Part shown: one piece after another, positions 38,573-51,783 of the stretch | How positions within the stretch are numbered: position 1 is the stretch's first letter | How the letters are laid out: each line of letters begins with the position of its first letter | Origin: Octopus vulgaris | Taxonomy: Eukaryota | DNA: 64,000 bases | Assembly: GCA_951406725.2 (NCBI GenBank) | Contig: OX597818.1 | Location: 33,728,001 to 33,792,000, forward strand | Direction of reading: 5' to 3' | Notes under the pieces: model-generated | What the model was told of the DNA's origin: nothing | Seen by the model: the letters and a program-made list of their open reading frames with translations, nothing else | The model's database searches: none | Translations under genes and position numbers: made by a program

Positions 38573-39200
38573 GTTAAGTTAAGTTAAGTTAAGTTGATTT
38601 TTTGGCTCAAAAAGCAAAAAGCAAGGCCATGTAGGGGGACATGGAATTATGTACAGTGAGGGTGTTCATGCAAAGAGTTCAGGCCATTTCTTGTCAAGAG
38701 AGACTTTGAAACGAGCGGTCGTCGGCATCTTCACTCTCTCGTCCGGCAGCTTATTCCACGGATCCGCAACCCGGACGGAGAAAGCCCCTCTCCTTCGATT
38801 GAGATGAAATCATTGCAGATAGAGCTTTTTGGAGTGACCCCCGCAGCCGACGCTCTGGAGCAGGAGTGAAGAACAGCTCTTTCGAGAGTTTACACTTTCC
38901 GCTTATGATGTTGTGAGCGAGAATGAGATCACCACGGCGTCGTCGATTTTCTAGAGAATAAAGGTCGAGCGTCTTCAGCCTCTCTTCATAGGACAAATGC
39001 TTGAGACCAAGAACCATGCGGGTAGCCAGCTTCTGGACTCTTTCGAGATGATGTATGTCTTTGAGGAGATAAGGAGAAGAGGCTTGAATCCCGTACTCCA
39101 ATATAGGTCTCACCAGAGTGACATAGAGCGGTATGAATATGGCTGCTGTGAGCATTCCGAATGACCGTCGAATCAAAAACAGAATTCCGCGTGCTTTGTT
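38573..39200 (-). mobile_element. 3' fragment of a CR1-group LINE with (TAACT)n tail
   Basis: ORF 38751..39176: LYVTLVRPILEY..SPYLLKDIHHLERVQKLATRMV..LSYEERLKTLDLYSLENRRRRGDLI; tail GTTAAGTTAAGTTAAG at 38573-38595. Confidence 0.92.
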
Positions 39201-39466
39201 ATCTCCCTTTCACTCCGGCTTTTTCTTCTTACCATTTCAAGTTGAACTCTTAACCCATAATATTTTATTCTCTCTCAGTGTGTTTCGTTCCTTTCCGTTT
39301 TTTTCTTTTTTCTTTCTTTCTTTTTTGTTGCCCTTTCAATCCTTCCTGTCGAAGAGCATGGTGTCGGGACGTCAAAGACTTTTCCATTCTTCCAGAGAGT
39401 TAAACTAATACACCTGCTTGTTGTTTTTTCGCCTGTCTTCGTCTTTTGTTTTCTGTAAATTTGAAC

Positions 39467-39948
<482 letters not shown>

Positions 39949-40082
39949 TAATCGACGTCACAAAAGTGACGGAGGGTACTGACTAGCATGGCTTGTGCTA
40001 AAATAAGTGTTAAATTAACTCGAAATCCACTAAAACATTATAGTTAATGAATGACAAAGTGAGGTAAGTCCCTGTCCTACAT

Positions 40083-40138
40083 AGCCGTACCGCGATTTCG
40101 AATTTCGGTGCAGACTACCTTAATCCTCATCACCGGCT
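40083..40138 (-). ncRNA. Type I hammerhead motif with C3->G substitution
   Basis: Minus strand: AGCCG-gUGAUGA-GGAUU..GGU agucugc ACC..AAUUC-GAAA-UCGCGG-UA-CGGCU. Confidence 0.75.
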
Positions 40139-40540
40139 CTTAACACCCAGGTTTAAACTCCACTTCTTCTGTGAATCTTATAAGAAAAACCGTTGAAATC
40201 GTGTACTGATTTTCAAAACGCCAAAAGTGTAAACAACAAATTAAAAGGGTGGCAATGAACGCTAGGGACTTACCTCCCTTTGTTAGTCATTAAGTATAAT
40301 GCTTTAGGGGATTTAGAGTTAACTTAACTCTTATTGTAGCATAAGCGGTGCTAGTCGACACCCCATCCCATCACTTTAGTGATCTCGATTCATTTTGCCT
40401 TTAGGTTCTAATTGCTAATAAGCCACCCTTTTAATTTCTCTGTTAAACACTTTTACTTTTTGAAAATCAGCACATGTTTTCAACGGTTTTTCTTATATCC
40501 GTATCGTTTCCCACTCCATGTTTTAAAGACGCTAGGTCTT

Positions 40541-40592
40541 GGGGTCTGAGGATACGCCATAAAGGTACGCTTTGTGGCAAGAAACCGACCTT
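40541..40592 (+). ncRNA. Type I hammerhead motif with deleted cleavage-site nucleotides
   Basis: GGGGU-CUGAGGA-uac-GCCAUAAAG guacg CUUUGUGGC-aa-GAAA-ccg-ACCUU; 9-bp stem II. Confidence 0.65.
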
Positions 40593-40719
40593 CACACATA
40601 CACACATATATAAACAGCAGTTTGCAATATTTCACCAAAAGTGAAAATTATAATTATAAATGTGACAAGAGTGTTATTACTAGAAATAAGAGCTAAAATA
40701 TTCTAATGCTGTAGTCCAC

Positions 40720-40985
40720 GGTTTAGTCGGAGGAATTGGAATCGACTCCATTACTTATTCTTTTAAAGCTGGTTCTTATTCTATCGCACCCTTACACCGT
40801 ACTGCTAGGCTATGGGTTCGGAAACGTACCAACACCGGTTGTCAAGCGGTCGTGTGGGACGAAAGCAAACCCAAACACACACGTTCAGATATACACATAC
40901 ATACATGGAGGGTTTTTTATTCATTTGTGTCTACCAAATCCACAGAAATTTTGGTCGGCCCAGAGCTCTGGCAGAAGATATATGT
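40720..40985 (-). mobile_element. Decayed CORE-type SINE
   Basis: ACCAACACCGGTTGTCAAGCGG...GTCTACCAAATCCAC...TTGGTCGGCCC. Confidence 0.7.
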
Positions 40986-41082
40986 GTGAGCGTAAGGGAT
41001 TATTTTAATTGAATTAAAACCTAGTGCAACAACAATTTCTTTTTAAATCAGTGCATATATCCATGCTATAGACACCAGTACA

Positions 41083-41530
41083 TCGAACCCAGTGCTTAAC
41101 TGGTACTTATTTTATCGATATCGAAAGGATGAAAGGTTAAGCTGACTTGAGCGGAATTTGATCTCAGAACATAAAGATTTCAAATTTTGGCGAAATTACT
41201 TAGCGGTATTTCGTGTCCTTACGTTCTGAGTTCAAATTCCGCTGGGCTCGACTTTGCCTTTCATCCTTTCGTGGTCGATAAATTAAGGACCAGTTACGCA
41301 CTGGGGTCGATATAATCTACTTAAATCCGTTTGTCTGTCCTTGTTTGTCCTCTCTGTGTTTAACCCCTTGTGGGTAATAAAGAAATAGGTATTTCGTCTG
41401 TGTTCAAATTCCACTGAGGTCGACTTTGCCTTTCATCTTTTCGGAGTCGATGAATTAAGTACCAGTTCCGTACCGGGTCGATCTAATCGATTTGCCCCCT
41501 CCCCCAAATTTCGGCCCTTGTGCCTAGAGT
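41083..41530. mobile_element. Two Meta-domain-like SINE pieces in opposite orientation (minus ~41083-41170, plus ~41190-41530)
   Basis: GAAAGGATGAAAGG on one side; GACTTTGCCTTTCATC twice on the other. Confidence 0.85.
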
Positions 41531-41916
41531 AAAAAAAAAAAATATTTTAAAATTTACTTTCCTACAACTATACTTCTTGATAGTCATATTTCCATTAGCT
41601 TTTTGACAATCATCAATATTCATGCTTGCTAGAAATTTTTTCCATTAATTTTATGACAATCGTCAATATTCGTGCATTCTTAATTTCCGCATCACACAAT
41701 ACTAAAGCTGTTCTACGTTGCAAAACTTCTATTTAAGTTGATTGATAAGTTCCTTTGCCGAACATTTTATGAAGCTTCTCTTTAGAGAAGTACAATCCTT
41801 TAGGCATTAAGTTAAACAACATAGGATAACCGAAGATACGGGTGTTGGCAGTGTAAGGACCTAACATAGTTATATTATGAAATTATTCAAAACGCATACA
41901 CTTACATACGTATATA

Positions 41917-42151
41917 CAGGGTGGCCCAAAAGTAGGTCTACAGTAATTCAATTATCTCATGCGCATTCATATATTAACAGCTTAGATCTTAATTATAAAA
42001 AAAATATGTAACCATTATTGTATGCTAATTTAGTTAATTTTGTCAACTCCATTTCCAGCTTGTAATATAGAAATGTAAATGTATTAAAATGTTTTAAAAG
42101 AAATTTAAAGTGCCTGCGTGATAATTGTAAACCTACTTTGGGGTCACCCTA
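41917..42151. mobile_element. Tc1/mariner MITE
   Basis: TIRs CAGGGTGGCCCAAAAGTAGGTCTACAGT / ATTGTAAACCTACTTTGGGGTCACCCTA, flanked by TA. Confidence 0.85.
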
Positions 42152-42160
42152 TACATATGT

Positions 42161-42218
<58 letters not shown>

Positions 42219-42329
42219 GTGTGTGTGTATACATATATGTATGTATATTTACATAAATGCATTCGTATGTACATATATATATATTTACATACTTGCATAC
42301 GTATGCATATATGTAAAAGTATATGTATG

Positions 42330-42360
<31 letters not shown>

Positions 42361-42888
42361 ATTTCCATGAATGCATACGTATATATATATATATATATAT
42401 ACAATACATATATATATAAACGGTATATATAAACACTCATGCACGTGCAGATACATTTATTTGCATGGGCATACCGGTTCTTGTCAAGCTCAGAAAGAAT
42501 TAACATCGGCCAAAAGATTTATTTAACACTTGTATTAGAGCTTTTACAAACTTTACCAAATAAGGTTTACGTAACCTTCTGGTTACATTCGTTATAGAAA
42601 GATCATGGGAAAAAAGCATTTTATCAGCAGACAATTTACACACACTCAGACACACACTCACACGCACGCTCACGCTCACACACACACATTCACATGCACA
42701 CTCACACACCCATTCACACGCACATGCACACATATCTATTAATGTATATGGATATATAGATATATAGACATAAACGCACATAAACAATTATCTATGTGTG
42801 TGTGTATGTATTTATATTGTATACATATATAATATATATTCATTCATATATATACATGTGCTTACATACGTACATACATGCATAGATG

Positions 42889-42974
<86 letters not shown>

Positions 42975-43903
42975 CACACACACATATATATATATATATA
43001 TACACATGCACACACGATTTCGCAAGTACACATATTTATGGACACATATGTATAGAGATATGCAGGCTTGCATTAATCTCTGTACAAGTATAAGTATGTA
43101 TATCAACATTGCATAATAAAACAAAATGGTAATAACATACGAGGCTTTAATTGCAATTTTTCATGAACCGAAGGCGGTTACTGACAAGTATATTACTTCT
43201 GCAGGCAAAAGCAATTTAGCATCTAATTTGTTTGCATCAAATAACAACTGTTGCACTGTAATTTATCTAAACGTCTGCCAGGTGGTAGTTACGAGAGGCC
43301 TTAGTAAATGAACGCAACAAACAAAATTCTCCATCCGGTAAGTAAATTCAAACGAGCTGAGATGAAACCTCGCTAACAGCTACCACTATTATTTATTTCC
43401 TCTTTAATCATTTGAAGCTTCTTATGTCTGGCTACTGTTTGTTATAATTATCTGTTCTGTTGGGAATTTTTTCCCGTCAATCCTTTATTATTGACATTTG
43501 TTTTTTGTTTTTTTTGTTTTTCTATTTGTTGTCTTTTTATTATTTTGTTATGGTGAATGGATATTGAAAGTTTAAATATGAAAGTGTAGGAATAGAAAAT
43601 AGTTTATTTTAATTGGAAATTTTCAAATGAATACAATATACATGCATACATGCACATATATGTATGTGTGTGTGTACATGTATGTTATAATGTTATATAT
43701 ATATATATATGTGTGTGTATGTGTATATATATATGTGTGTGTGTGTGTGTGATTGTGCATACATAGGTATGTATGTACATATAGCATGTAACAAAATGGA
43801 ATGGAAAATGGGATTAGATGAAAATATATAACAAAATAAAAGAATATGTATGTATATACATACATATATATATATTTATATGCGCATGTATACATGTATA
43901 CCT

Positions 43904-43949
<46 letters not shown>

Positions 43950-44492
43950 GCATATATATATACATATATATGTATATATATATACATATAGATAGATAGA
44001 TATACACACGCACTAGTTTTTGAAGAGAAAATGAAGCTTGCAAAAAAAAAAAGAAAAACAATAAGTAAAAGTGACTTAGGTTCCGCTCGGCTAATAAGAC
44101 AGGCCTACCAAAAAAGTTAAAAGCTAAAAATCTGAACAGCGAAAAAAAAAATGAAAAAGTACAAGAGGAGAAAACAAACAACAAATTGAATATACGGTAC
44201 GGTGAGTCTTGTTTAGATTTCGCTCTACGGTAACTTATTATGAATAAGTCAGAAGTGTAATGAATGATGGAGAAAAGTGGTAAGAATCCGGTGAGCTGCA
44301 TAACTAAGAATCATGTTTACTATTTGGTTTCTCTTATCTCTTGATAAACATAGAATTTTAATTATGGCAGGAAGAGCTAACGCGTTTTTAAATCAACTTT
44401 CTGGTTTGTTTTTACCTCTGTTGATCTGTGTTCTTCTGAGTTTTTATGTATTTATTGTATATTTATTTTTGTTTATTTGTTGTTTTCTCATA

Positions 44493-44908
44493 TCTTTTAC
44501 TTGTTTCAGTAACTAGAACGCGGCCGTGCTGGGGCACCGCCTTGTAGAGTTTGTAAAAGAATGAATCGACCCCCACTAGGTTTTCTTTTTTATTTTCCAA
44601 AGCCTGGTACTTATGCTATCTATCTGTTAGCCCAACCGCTATGTTACGAGGACACAAACAAACCAGCGCCAGTTGTCAAGCGGTGGTTTGGGACTAACAC
44701 AGACACGAAGACACACACGCAAAGATATGTGTATACATGCATTCTATGGGCTTCTTTCAGTTTCCGTCTACCAAATCCACTCACAAGGCTTTGGTCGGCT
44801 CGAAGCCATAGTAGAAGACACTCGCCGAAGGTGCCACGCAGTGAGACTGAACCCGGAACCATATTGTTATGTGGGAAGTAAGCCTCTTATCACAGTGCCA
44901 TGCCTATG
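44493..44908 (-). mobile_element. CORE-type tRNA SINE
   Basis: Reverse complement of the 49383-49810 family. Confidence 0.85.
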
Positions 44909-45270
44909 TTTTTATTTGCTTGTTTTATTTTTCAGGGCACCCAGGATCGGTGAAATCAGTGTAGTTAATAATATACAATAAAACCAACTGCAATGGAACG
45001 GCGGCAGTATGAAGGGCAGGCAGCAAGGGATTTTCTGAGGACGAAAATATGTTTTTGTGTGTGTGTGTTTATTCGCCCCACCACTATCGCTTGACAAACG
45101 ATGCTGGTGTGTGTACGTTATAAGTCCTGAGGTCGATTCGTTCGACTAAAGGCGGTACTACAGCAAATGACTGAAACAAATAAAAGAGTAAGATCAGCAG
45201 CAAATACCTTAAGAATGAGTAAAGAGTACCCCATTAGTCAAATAAAGGGTTGGATTCGAAATCCCACCGA

Positions 45271-45316
45271 GTCACCTGCTGAAGGTTAGAGAGTACATCA
45301 GCCGAAACGTTGTGGT
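45271..45316 (+). ncRNA. Minimal type I hammerhead motif, A6->C substitution (Penelope-type layout)
   Basis: GUCAC-CUGcUGA-a-GGUU...AGCC-GAAA-CGU-U-GUGGU; palindromic ACGU stem III. Confidence 0.55.
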
Positions 45317-45477
45317 AACAACAAAGTATGGACACCTGTCCGTCCAATGTAAATAATGTACACAATTTCTCATCTCTAAAATATAGAACAATAGATTTCA
45401 GAAAACGATAGAAAGGCGGTATTTGTAAAATAGTCCTGATTTAAAAGTAATTTTAACCGTAATACCAAATTATTCCA

Positions 45478-45850
45478 GGTATGGTTTTGTGGTAAGAAAC
45501 TCGCTTTGCAACCATTGGGTTTAGGGTTCAGTCCCACAGCGTGACATCTTCGACGAGTGCCTTTTTCTGTGACCCTTTGTTGACCAATACCTTGTGAATG
45601 AATTTGAGAGACCAAAACTGTGGAAATCCATCCTATATGCATATGTCTGTGTCTGTTTTTGTCCCACCACCACACAGCTTGACAGATGGCGTTGGTTTGT
45701 TTAGTCCTCGTGACTTAGCGTTTCGGTAAAATAATCGATAGAATGAATACCCCAGACTTTAAATATAAATACTGGCGTCACCTTGTTCGGTAAAAGGACT
45801 TCAAGGCAGTGCCACAGCATTTCCGCAGTCCAATGATAGGATCAAGTAAA
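45478..45850 (+). mobile_element. Decayed CORE-type SINE
   Basis: GGTTCAGTCCCAC.GCGTG.CA.CTT...CAGCAT..CCGCAGTCCAATGA. Confidence 0.75.
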
Positions 45851-45879
45851 AAAAAATATTTAAATATAAGGTGCTAGGC

Positions 45880-48800
45880 GTAGAAATAGAACACTTAAAT
45901 GATAAAATAAAAATTGCAAACAACGAACAAAAAAGTAACAAAAACGAAAGCAAGAATAAAATCGTTACTCTAGAAAACATAGAAAACAGAGGCCACGGAA
46001 TTAGACGTGATACTTGCCGAACAAGTTAAATAATAAACCATAAAGAAACCAAACCCTAAAGCACTTATAGCCAATTGTGTATGAAAAGTTGAATTTGAAG
46101 AACAAAATATGAGAAAATATGAGGAAGATTCAGAAATAGAATGTCGTAAATATAAAAATTAATGAATATCAAAAAAGGAAATAATTAGATTATTAAAACG
46201 AAGAGCTAAGTATGGACTCATGAAAATCCCTCTTAATTATAAAAGTTAATATTAAAATAGCTACAATAAAAGCGTAAACAATACACTTTTATTTGTTGCT
46301 TTTTTAACGAGTATCTAGAAAACTTATTTAAGAAACTTATCAAGAAAGCAAGCGAATATTAATCTTAGTAGAACAAGCAAAATAATATATGCAGCAGCAA
46401 TGTAGTTTGATTTGAAATATGAGTGTTCCCTCAAGATCTCTCAACAAGCAATATCAAAATAATTGAATAACGTGGATAGCAAACATACACAAAATAAACG
46501 GGAAAATATCAAACACTCAATCCCTAATGACATCAAAGCAATTTAAAAACAAAAGACAAATGCTATAGAAATATAACACAAAATAGCATTCTAAGATTTA
46601 AAATACGCATGAGGCTGCAACATTTCAGTTAATTGCAAAGAATCCGTTGCTATGAGGAGCAACGATTCTTTGAACAAAACAAATAGCTCTACTATACCCC
46701 CAAAAGATTTTATCAATAACTAAGATAGCATATAAAACATTACAGTACCAATAGCAAGAAGATTTGAAGAATTCCAGGGAGATGTTTAGATAGCAAAAGA
46801 CCTACAATGGACGAGATTATCAAAATAATATCTCGGCGCCAGAATAACAGTGGTAAACAATATCAAGAATACCTCAAGTGCTACACACTGCGGAAACCTA
46901 TAATGCATCAGGAAATAATAAAATCTCAAATTCCAGGTTGGAATATTTATCAAGCTCGCGTAAAGTACTGCCAAAAATATTTCACAGTGTTTTCAAAGAA
47001 ACCGGAAACAACACCTGACTGTTTAGGAAGCCATCAGAAATATAAACATGCTTTTCTATAGTTTAATACCCTTTAATGTGATAAGAAAAAGAATTGACAC
47101 TCCGTCGATTTGCGACGACGAGCATTCCAGTTGATCCAGTCGAGAGAACAACCTTATCGTGCACTTAACGTGGAAGTGGGTAAAACTCCACAGACACGCG
47201 TACCTTTAACATAGTTCTCTGGGAGATTCACAGTGAGTTAGAAAGAGACCAGGCGGCGCATTGAAATACAGGTATTACTCATTTCTGCTAGCTAAGACTG
47301 GAGCAACTTATAATAAAGTGTCTTGCTCAAGGACATAACGCACCGTACTCGTGGCCTTGCGACCATGAGCCGAAAATTCTAACCACTAAGCCACGCACCT
47401 TCACTAAAGTGCGATAGTATCAGAGATTAAAGAAATATCTGGAAAAAAATAAGATTTCGAGAAAGGAAAAGATGGTGAAGATGGTGTGAAAATTCATCTT
47501 GTAGTAAAAAGATAACCGAAATCGAAGATTGTAGATGGCATGGCCCTTCTGTCACCAACAGCTTCCACAATCAGAAGGCCTTTGACAATCATCAATCTAC
47601 ATGAATTGTGTAAGGAAAAACTCCACTAATTTACAACATGACATTAAGATATTTAAACGGCATATTACGCTAGTCTACAATCCCATACAAATACGACAGG
47701 TGCAAGATTAAACCGCTCGTAGACATGAACGATCCGGTTTCTCGCAGCTCTTGATAAACAAATGGAAACACCACCGAAATTTTACAAGGGTTTACTGCAA
47801 GAAATGAAACGAAATTACTATTAGGAAAATATACGAAACCGAACATAGAAATGGATTATTACGTAAAAACCCTAATGTCAGGTTTCATGAAGAAGGGAAA
47901 ATATGATAAGTGGATCAAACACAGGCTGTTAAATACAAATTATTGATCAAGAGTGAGTACGAATATGAATTATCAAAACAGTTCAGAGAGTAATTCAGAA
48001 CGTATTAGGTCATCCCAGTAATATTGTTGTAGAAATCTCAGCGAACGACTCAATGAAATATTAAGAATAAATAGAAAATTAAAAATAAGGACTAAATTTT
48101 GAATACAACACCATCAATTGAATATAGAATGATTGTACTTAACGAAAACAGAAAGAAGTTGGAGAACCATGTTATTAGAAGTAATTATAAAATTATCTAC
48201 TGTGAAACAACAAAAATATGTATCAATGGGAATTAGTTCGATTCGAGTTTATACCGCACTACCTGTTACACGGCCATATTTCCGAGCTGTGTAAAAGGGA
48301 GTTTTATAGGGATTTAGGATTGTGTTTCTTGGCAAGATCACTCTAGTTGATTGCAGTATTTGTTTCCTTGTTTCTTATATTATTTTTGTGTTTTTCGTAG
48401 TAATTCAAGAAGCTGCAAAGCACAAACAAAGCAAAAATGCAGAAGATACAAAGAGAAACTGGAGTCAAACACTTTTAAACCGAGAGGAATTATTAGAAAA
48501 GTGAGAAACAAAATTAGTTACTTTACAATTTCTAAAAACAATATCAAGAAAGACCTTTCGATGCTGAAACTGGACAAAAGGACAGCAGGATAAAATTAGA
48601 TTAAAATATTTCAGAACTGATTGCGAAGATACAAGTATAGTGTAGAATATTGTTGTTTGATCAAATCTTTCTTACTTGAAACCACAGAAAGCATGCACTG
48701 AAGCAAAATATATTAAATAACTTCGGAATATGCAGAGGTTGGAGAGAAACAATAAACCACAACACGAGCATAAATCAGGGGTACAAGGCACGAAAGAATT

Positions 48801-49150
48801 AGAGCATTTAAACACCAGATTATACTCACATTATAGTATAACAACATAATTTCTATAAACCAATATTTTACAGAGGGTACAATACTACCTGAGTGTATAT
48901 TATTACCAAGTACCAATAGTAAAGAATGTAAGTCGTAATCGATGTATTAGTCGCAGTAGAAAATATCGTATCTCAAAACGAAATGGAGAAATTATCTAAA
49001 TTATCCAGACCTGGAAACAGAAATAAATTGAATAGAAAGATTGCAGAGAGAGACAATAATAATATGCTTGTGAAATATTGTAACAGATACGAACAAATTA
49101 CATCACCAAAAGTCCGTAACTTACATACATACGCAACATGCCATAGATAG
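45880..49150 (+). mobile_element. Ancient, heavily decayed R4/Dong-like LINE
   Basis: Ordered remnants: KKPETTPDCLG..LIP (~47000), KAFD (~47580), DMND (~47725), and IDVLVAVENIVSQNEMEKLSK/PDLETEIN*IERLQRETII (~48940-49060). The last aligns with LIDVSIPTDDNVSLKEREKLSKYKDLEMEVTRMWNLKTETI of 10867-11720. Confidence 0.6.
47093..47403 (-). mobile_element. CORE-type tRNA SINE sharing its tail with the 4068/8886 subfamily
   Basis: Head TGAAGGTGCGTGGCTTAGTGGTTAG; TGTCCTTGAGCAAGACACTT; tail ...CGTCGCAAATCGACGGAGTG. Confidence 0.8.
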
Positions 49151-49382
49151 GAAACACACATATATTACAAGTTTACCAGTTTAGTAGTGTTTTGTTGGCT
49201 AGCTGTGCTGACTTCAAAACTTCCAGTGGATATGTAGTAAATTGTGAAAATGATGAATGAGATTTTGTGCACCGGCACCGGAAGCTTCAAGGTGTTCGTT
49301 CAACCTGCTTGAAACAGCTGCTAAATTTCCATCAAATCTCACGCTGTTTTTGCAAGTGTTATTAATTGAGATTATCCTAACA

Positions 49383-49810
49383 GTCGCAGGAGTGGCTGTG
49401 TGGTAAGTAGCTTGCTTACCAACAACGGTTCCGACTTCAGTCCCACTGCGTGACAGCTTGGGCGAGTGTCTTCCACTGTAGACTCGGACCGACCAAAGCC
49501 TTGTGGGTGGATTTGGCAGACGGAAACTGAAAGAAGCCCGTCGTATATATGTATATATATATATGTGTGTGTGTGTGTATGTGTGTGGGTGGGTGTATGT
49601 TTGTGTGTCTATGTTTGTCCCCCCAACATCGCTTGACAACAGATGCTGGTGTGTTTACGTCCCTGTAACTTAGCGGTTCGGCAAAAGAGGCCGATAGAAT
49701 AAGTACTAGGCTTACAAAGAATAAGTCCTGGGGTCGATTTGCTCGACTAAAGGTGGTGCTCCTGCATGGCCGCAGTCAAATGACTGAAACAAGTAATAGA
49801 GTAAAGAGTA
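49383..49810 (+). mobile_element. Full-length CORE-type tRNA SINE with internal (TA/TG)n
   Basis: GCAGGAGTGGCTGTGTGGTAAG...TTCAGTCCCACTGCGTG...GACGGAAACTGAAAGAAGCCCGTCG...AATGACTGAAACAAGTAA. Confidence 0.93.
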
Positions 49811-50786
49811 ACAACCGGAAAACGTTTAAAAAGAAGGATCCATTCTAGATCGTTCTTATATTCCAAGACTTTGGATTGACACATGTTATCGACTTTAGTT
49901 GTCTTTAGATTATCAACATTGCTTGAGAAAATCTTGAATCTAATAAGTAAGTTTATTCATGTTTTTCACATCACTATATTGGAAACTGCACCACAATTGT
50001 ATTTAGCATATAACTTTACATCTTGGGGTAAAATTTCTCAACACCATTTTCTTATATTCATGATCAACGTTGCTTTTTCTTTTTTATTTCTCTTCCCACT
50101 GGCCATCTCTAACTCTAGTCAAATTAGGTAGAAATCTACCACCGAGAAAAGCTAATAAGACTGAAACAAACCCGTTGCTTATAGCAGCTGGCTTTTAAAA
50201 CAAGATTCATTCCTACCTCCGTTGTCTTTATTCTCACCAAATTTTGTTTATTGGAGTTACCTCCGATGTTGATTGTTTTTTTTATTTTGTTTTGCTTCTT
50301 ATATGCACATATGCAGTGGAGTTTGAAGTTCAGCGCAACGTCATCAGTTTTGTCAAGAAATAGTACGCAAAAATACAATGTTCTCTTCTCATGACCTCAT
50401 AGCTGCCTTCAGTTTTCCTTTTTTATATCTTTAGTCAATGATCCGTGCAGGACCTCCAAGACTTGTGAGACTGAGACTGATAATGTTCCGTTTAGACAGT
50501 TGCAAGCGAACGCCTGGAAACGACAAAAACATGAACAAAGAGATGGCCGTTACTTTGGAAATGCTAGATAAATCATAGAGATTAGTGGAAAGAAAAAAAA
50601 GGTGATCGTACTACGAATGAAAGGGATAGGGATGCAATTGGGCCAGTAAGAAGCGCATCAATGCTGTTGGCATAAAGAGTAGCCAGCTACACAGAGCAGA
50701 GAGTGTTATAGTAGCAACAGAAAGGACAAAGAGAGGAGACAACATGCCAGTGATCGAGACGCTGAAGCATATCCTTTAGTGAAATA

Positions 50787-51201
50787 TGCTATTTCTTTAC
50801 AACCCACAAGGGGCTAAACACAGAGGGGACAAACAAGGACAGACAAAGGGATTAAATCGAGTACATCGACCCCAGTGCGTAACTGGTACTTAATTTATCG
50901 ACCCCGAAAGGATGAAAGGCAAAGTCGACCTCGGCGGAATTTGAACTCAGAACGTAACTGTAGCCGAGATACCTATTTCTTTACTATCCTCAAGGGGCTA
51001 AACACAGAGGGGACAAACAAGGACAGACAAAGGGATTTAGTCGATTACATTGACCCCAGTGCGTAACTGGTACTTAATTTATCGACCCCAAAAGGATGAA
51101 AGTCAAAGTCGACCTCGGCGGAATTTGAACTCAGAACGTAACGGCAGACGAAATACGGCTACACATTTCGCCCGGCGTGCTAACGTTTCTGCCAGCTCGC
51201 C
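50787..51201 (-). mobile_element. Meta-domain-like SINE with reiterated internal unit
   Basis: Two copies of the CTATTTCTTTAC...GAACTCAGAACGTA unit, then the head. Confidence 0.92.
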
Positions 51202-51738
51202 TATATGCTAATCAGACGGATGAACCTTCTTTGGATGTAGCCCTGGGATGTCAATGTACATAGCAGCAGCACCATGTCAGGAATGGATATATTTCTCTAT
51301 TATGAACCTCACTCCAGCTTTGTAGAGTATTCACAGCTATTATAGGCTAAAGAGTAAGACCCGTCTTATGATAATATTATAGGCTAAAACGTAGGACTGG
51401 CCTTATGATAATTATTCAATGACGAACCATCCACTTTTTTCTTCGGTTATCAAGGAAACCTTCATGTAAACCATGTATTGCTGTCTAAAATGTGGGAACT
51501 AATTGCATTATGTTGCTCGGGTTACCTTACGTCTGAAAAAAAGAAAACCTGTAAAGACACAGCTTAAGCATTTTTCATTCGTCATACGCTAGCTGACTCG
51601 TATTAAATAACAACGACAATGTCCTACTCTAAAACCTTTGCCCGGTTGACTGATAACAACTTCTAGTCACCCAAATCATTCAGCTGTCTTCTCGAATTTA
51701 TTATATGAATTTGCTTTTAAGTGTAACATTTGGATCTG

Positions 51739-51783
<45 letters not shown>

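Noticed and set aside
42560-42600. GTAACC/GGTTAC hairpin with hammerhead-like flanks on the minus strand
   Set aside because: Both core segments are non-canonical and stem I is absent.
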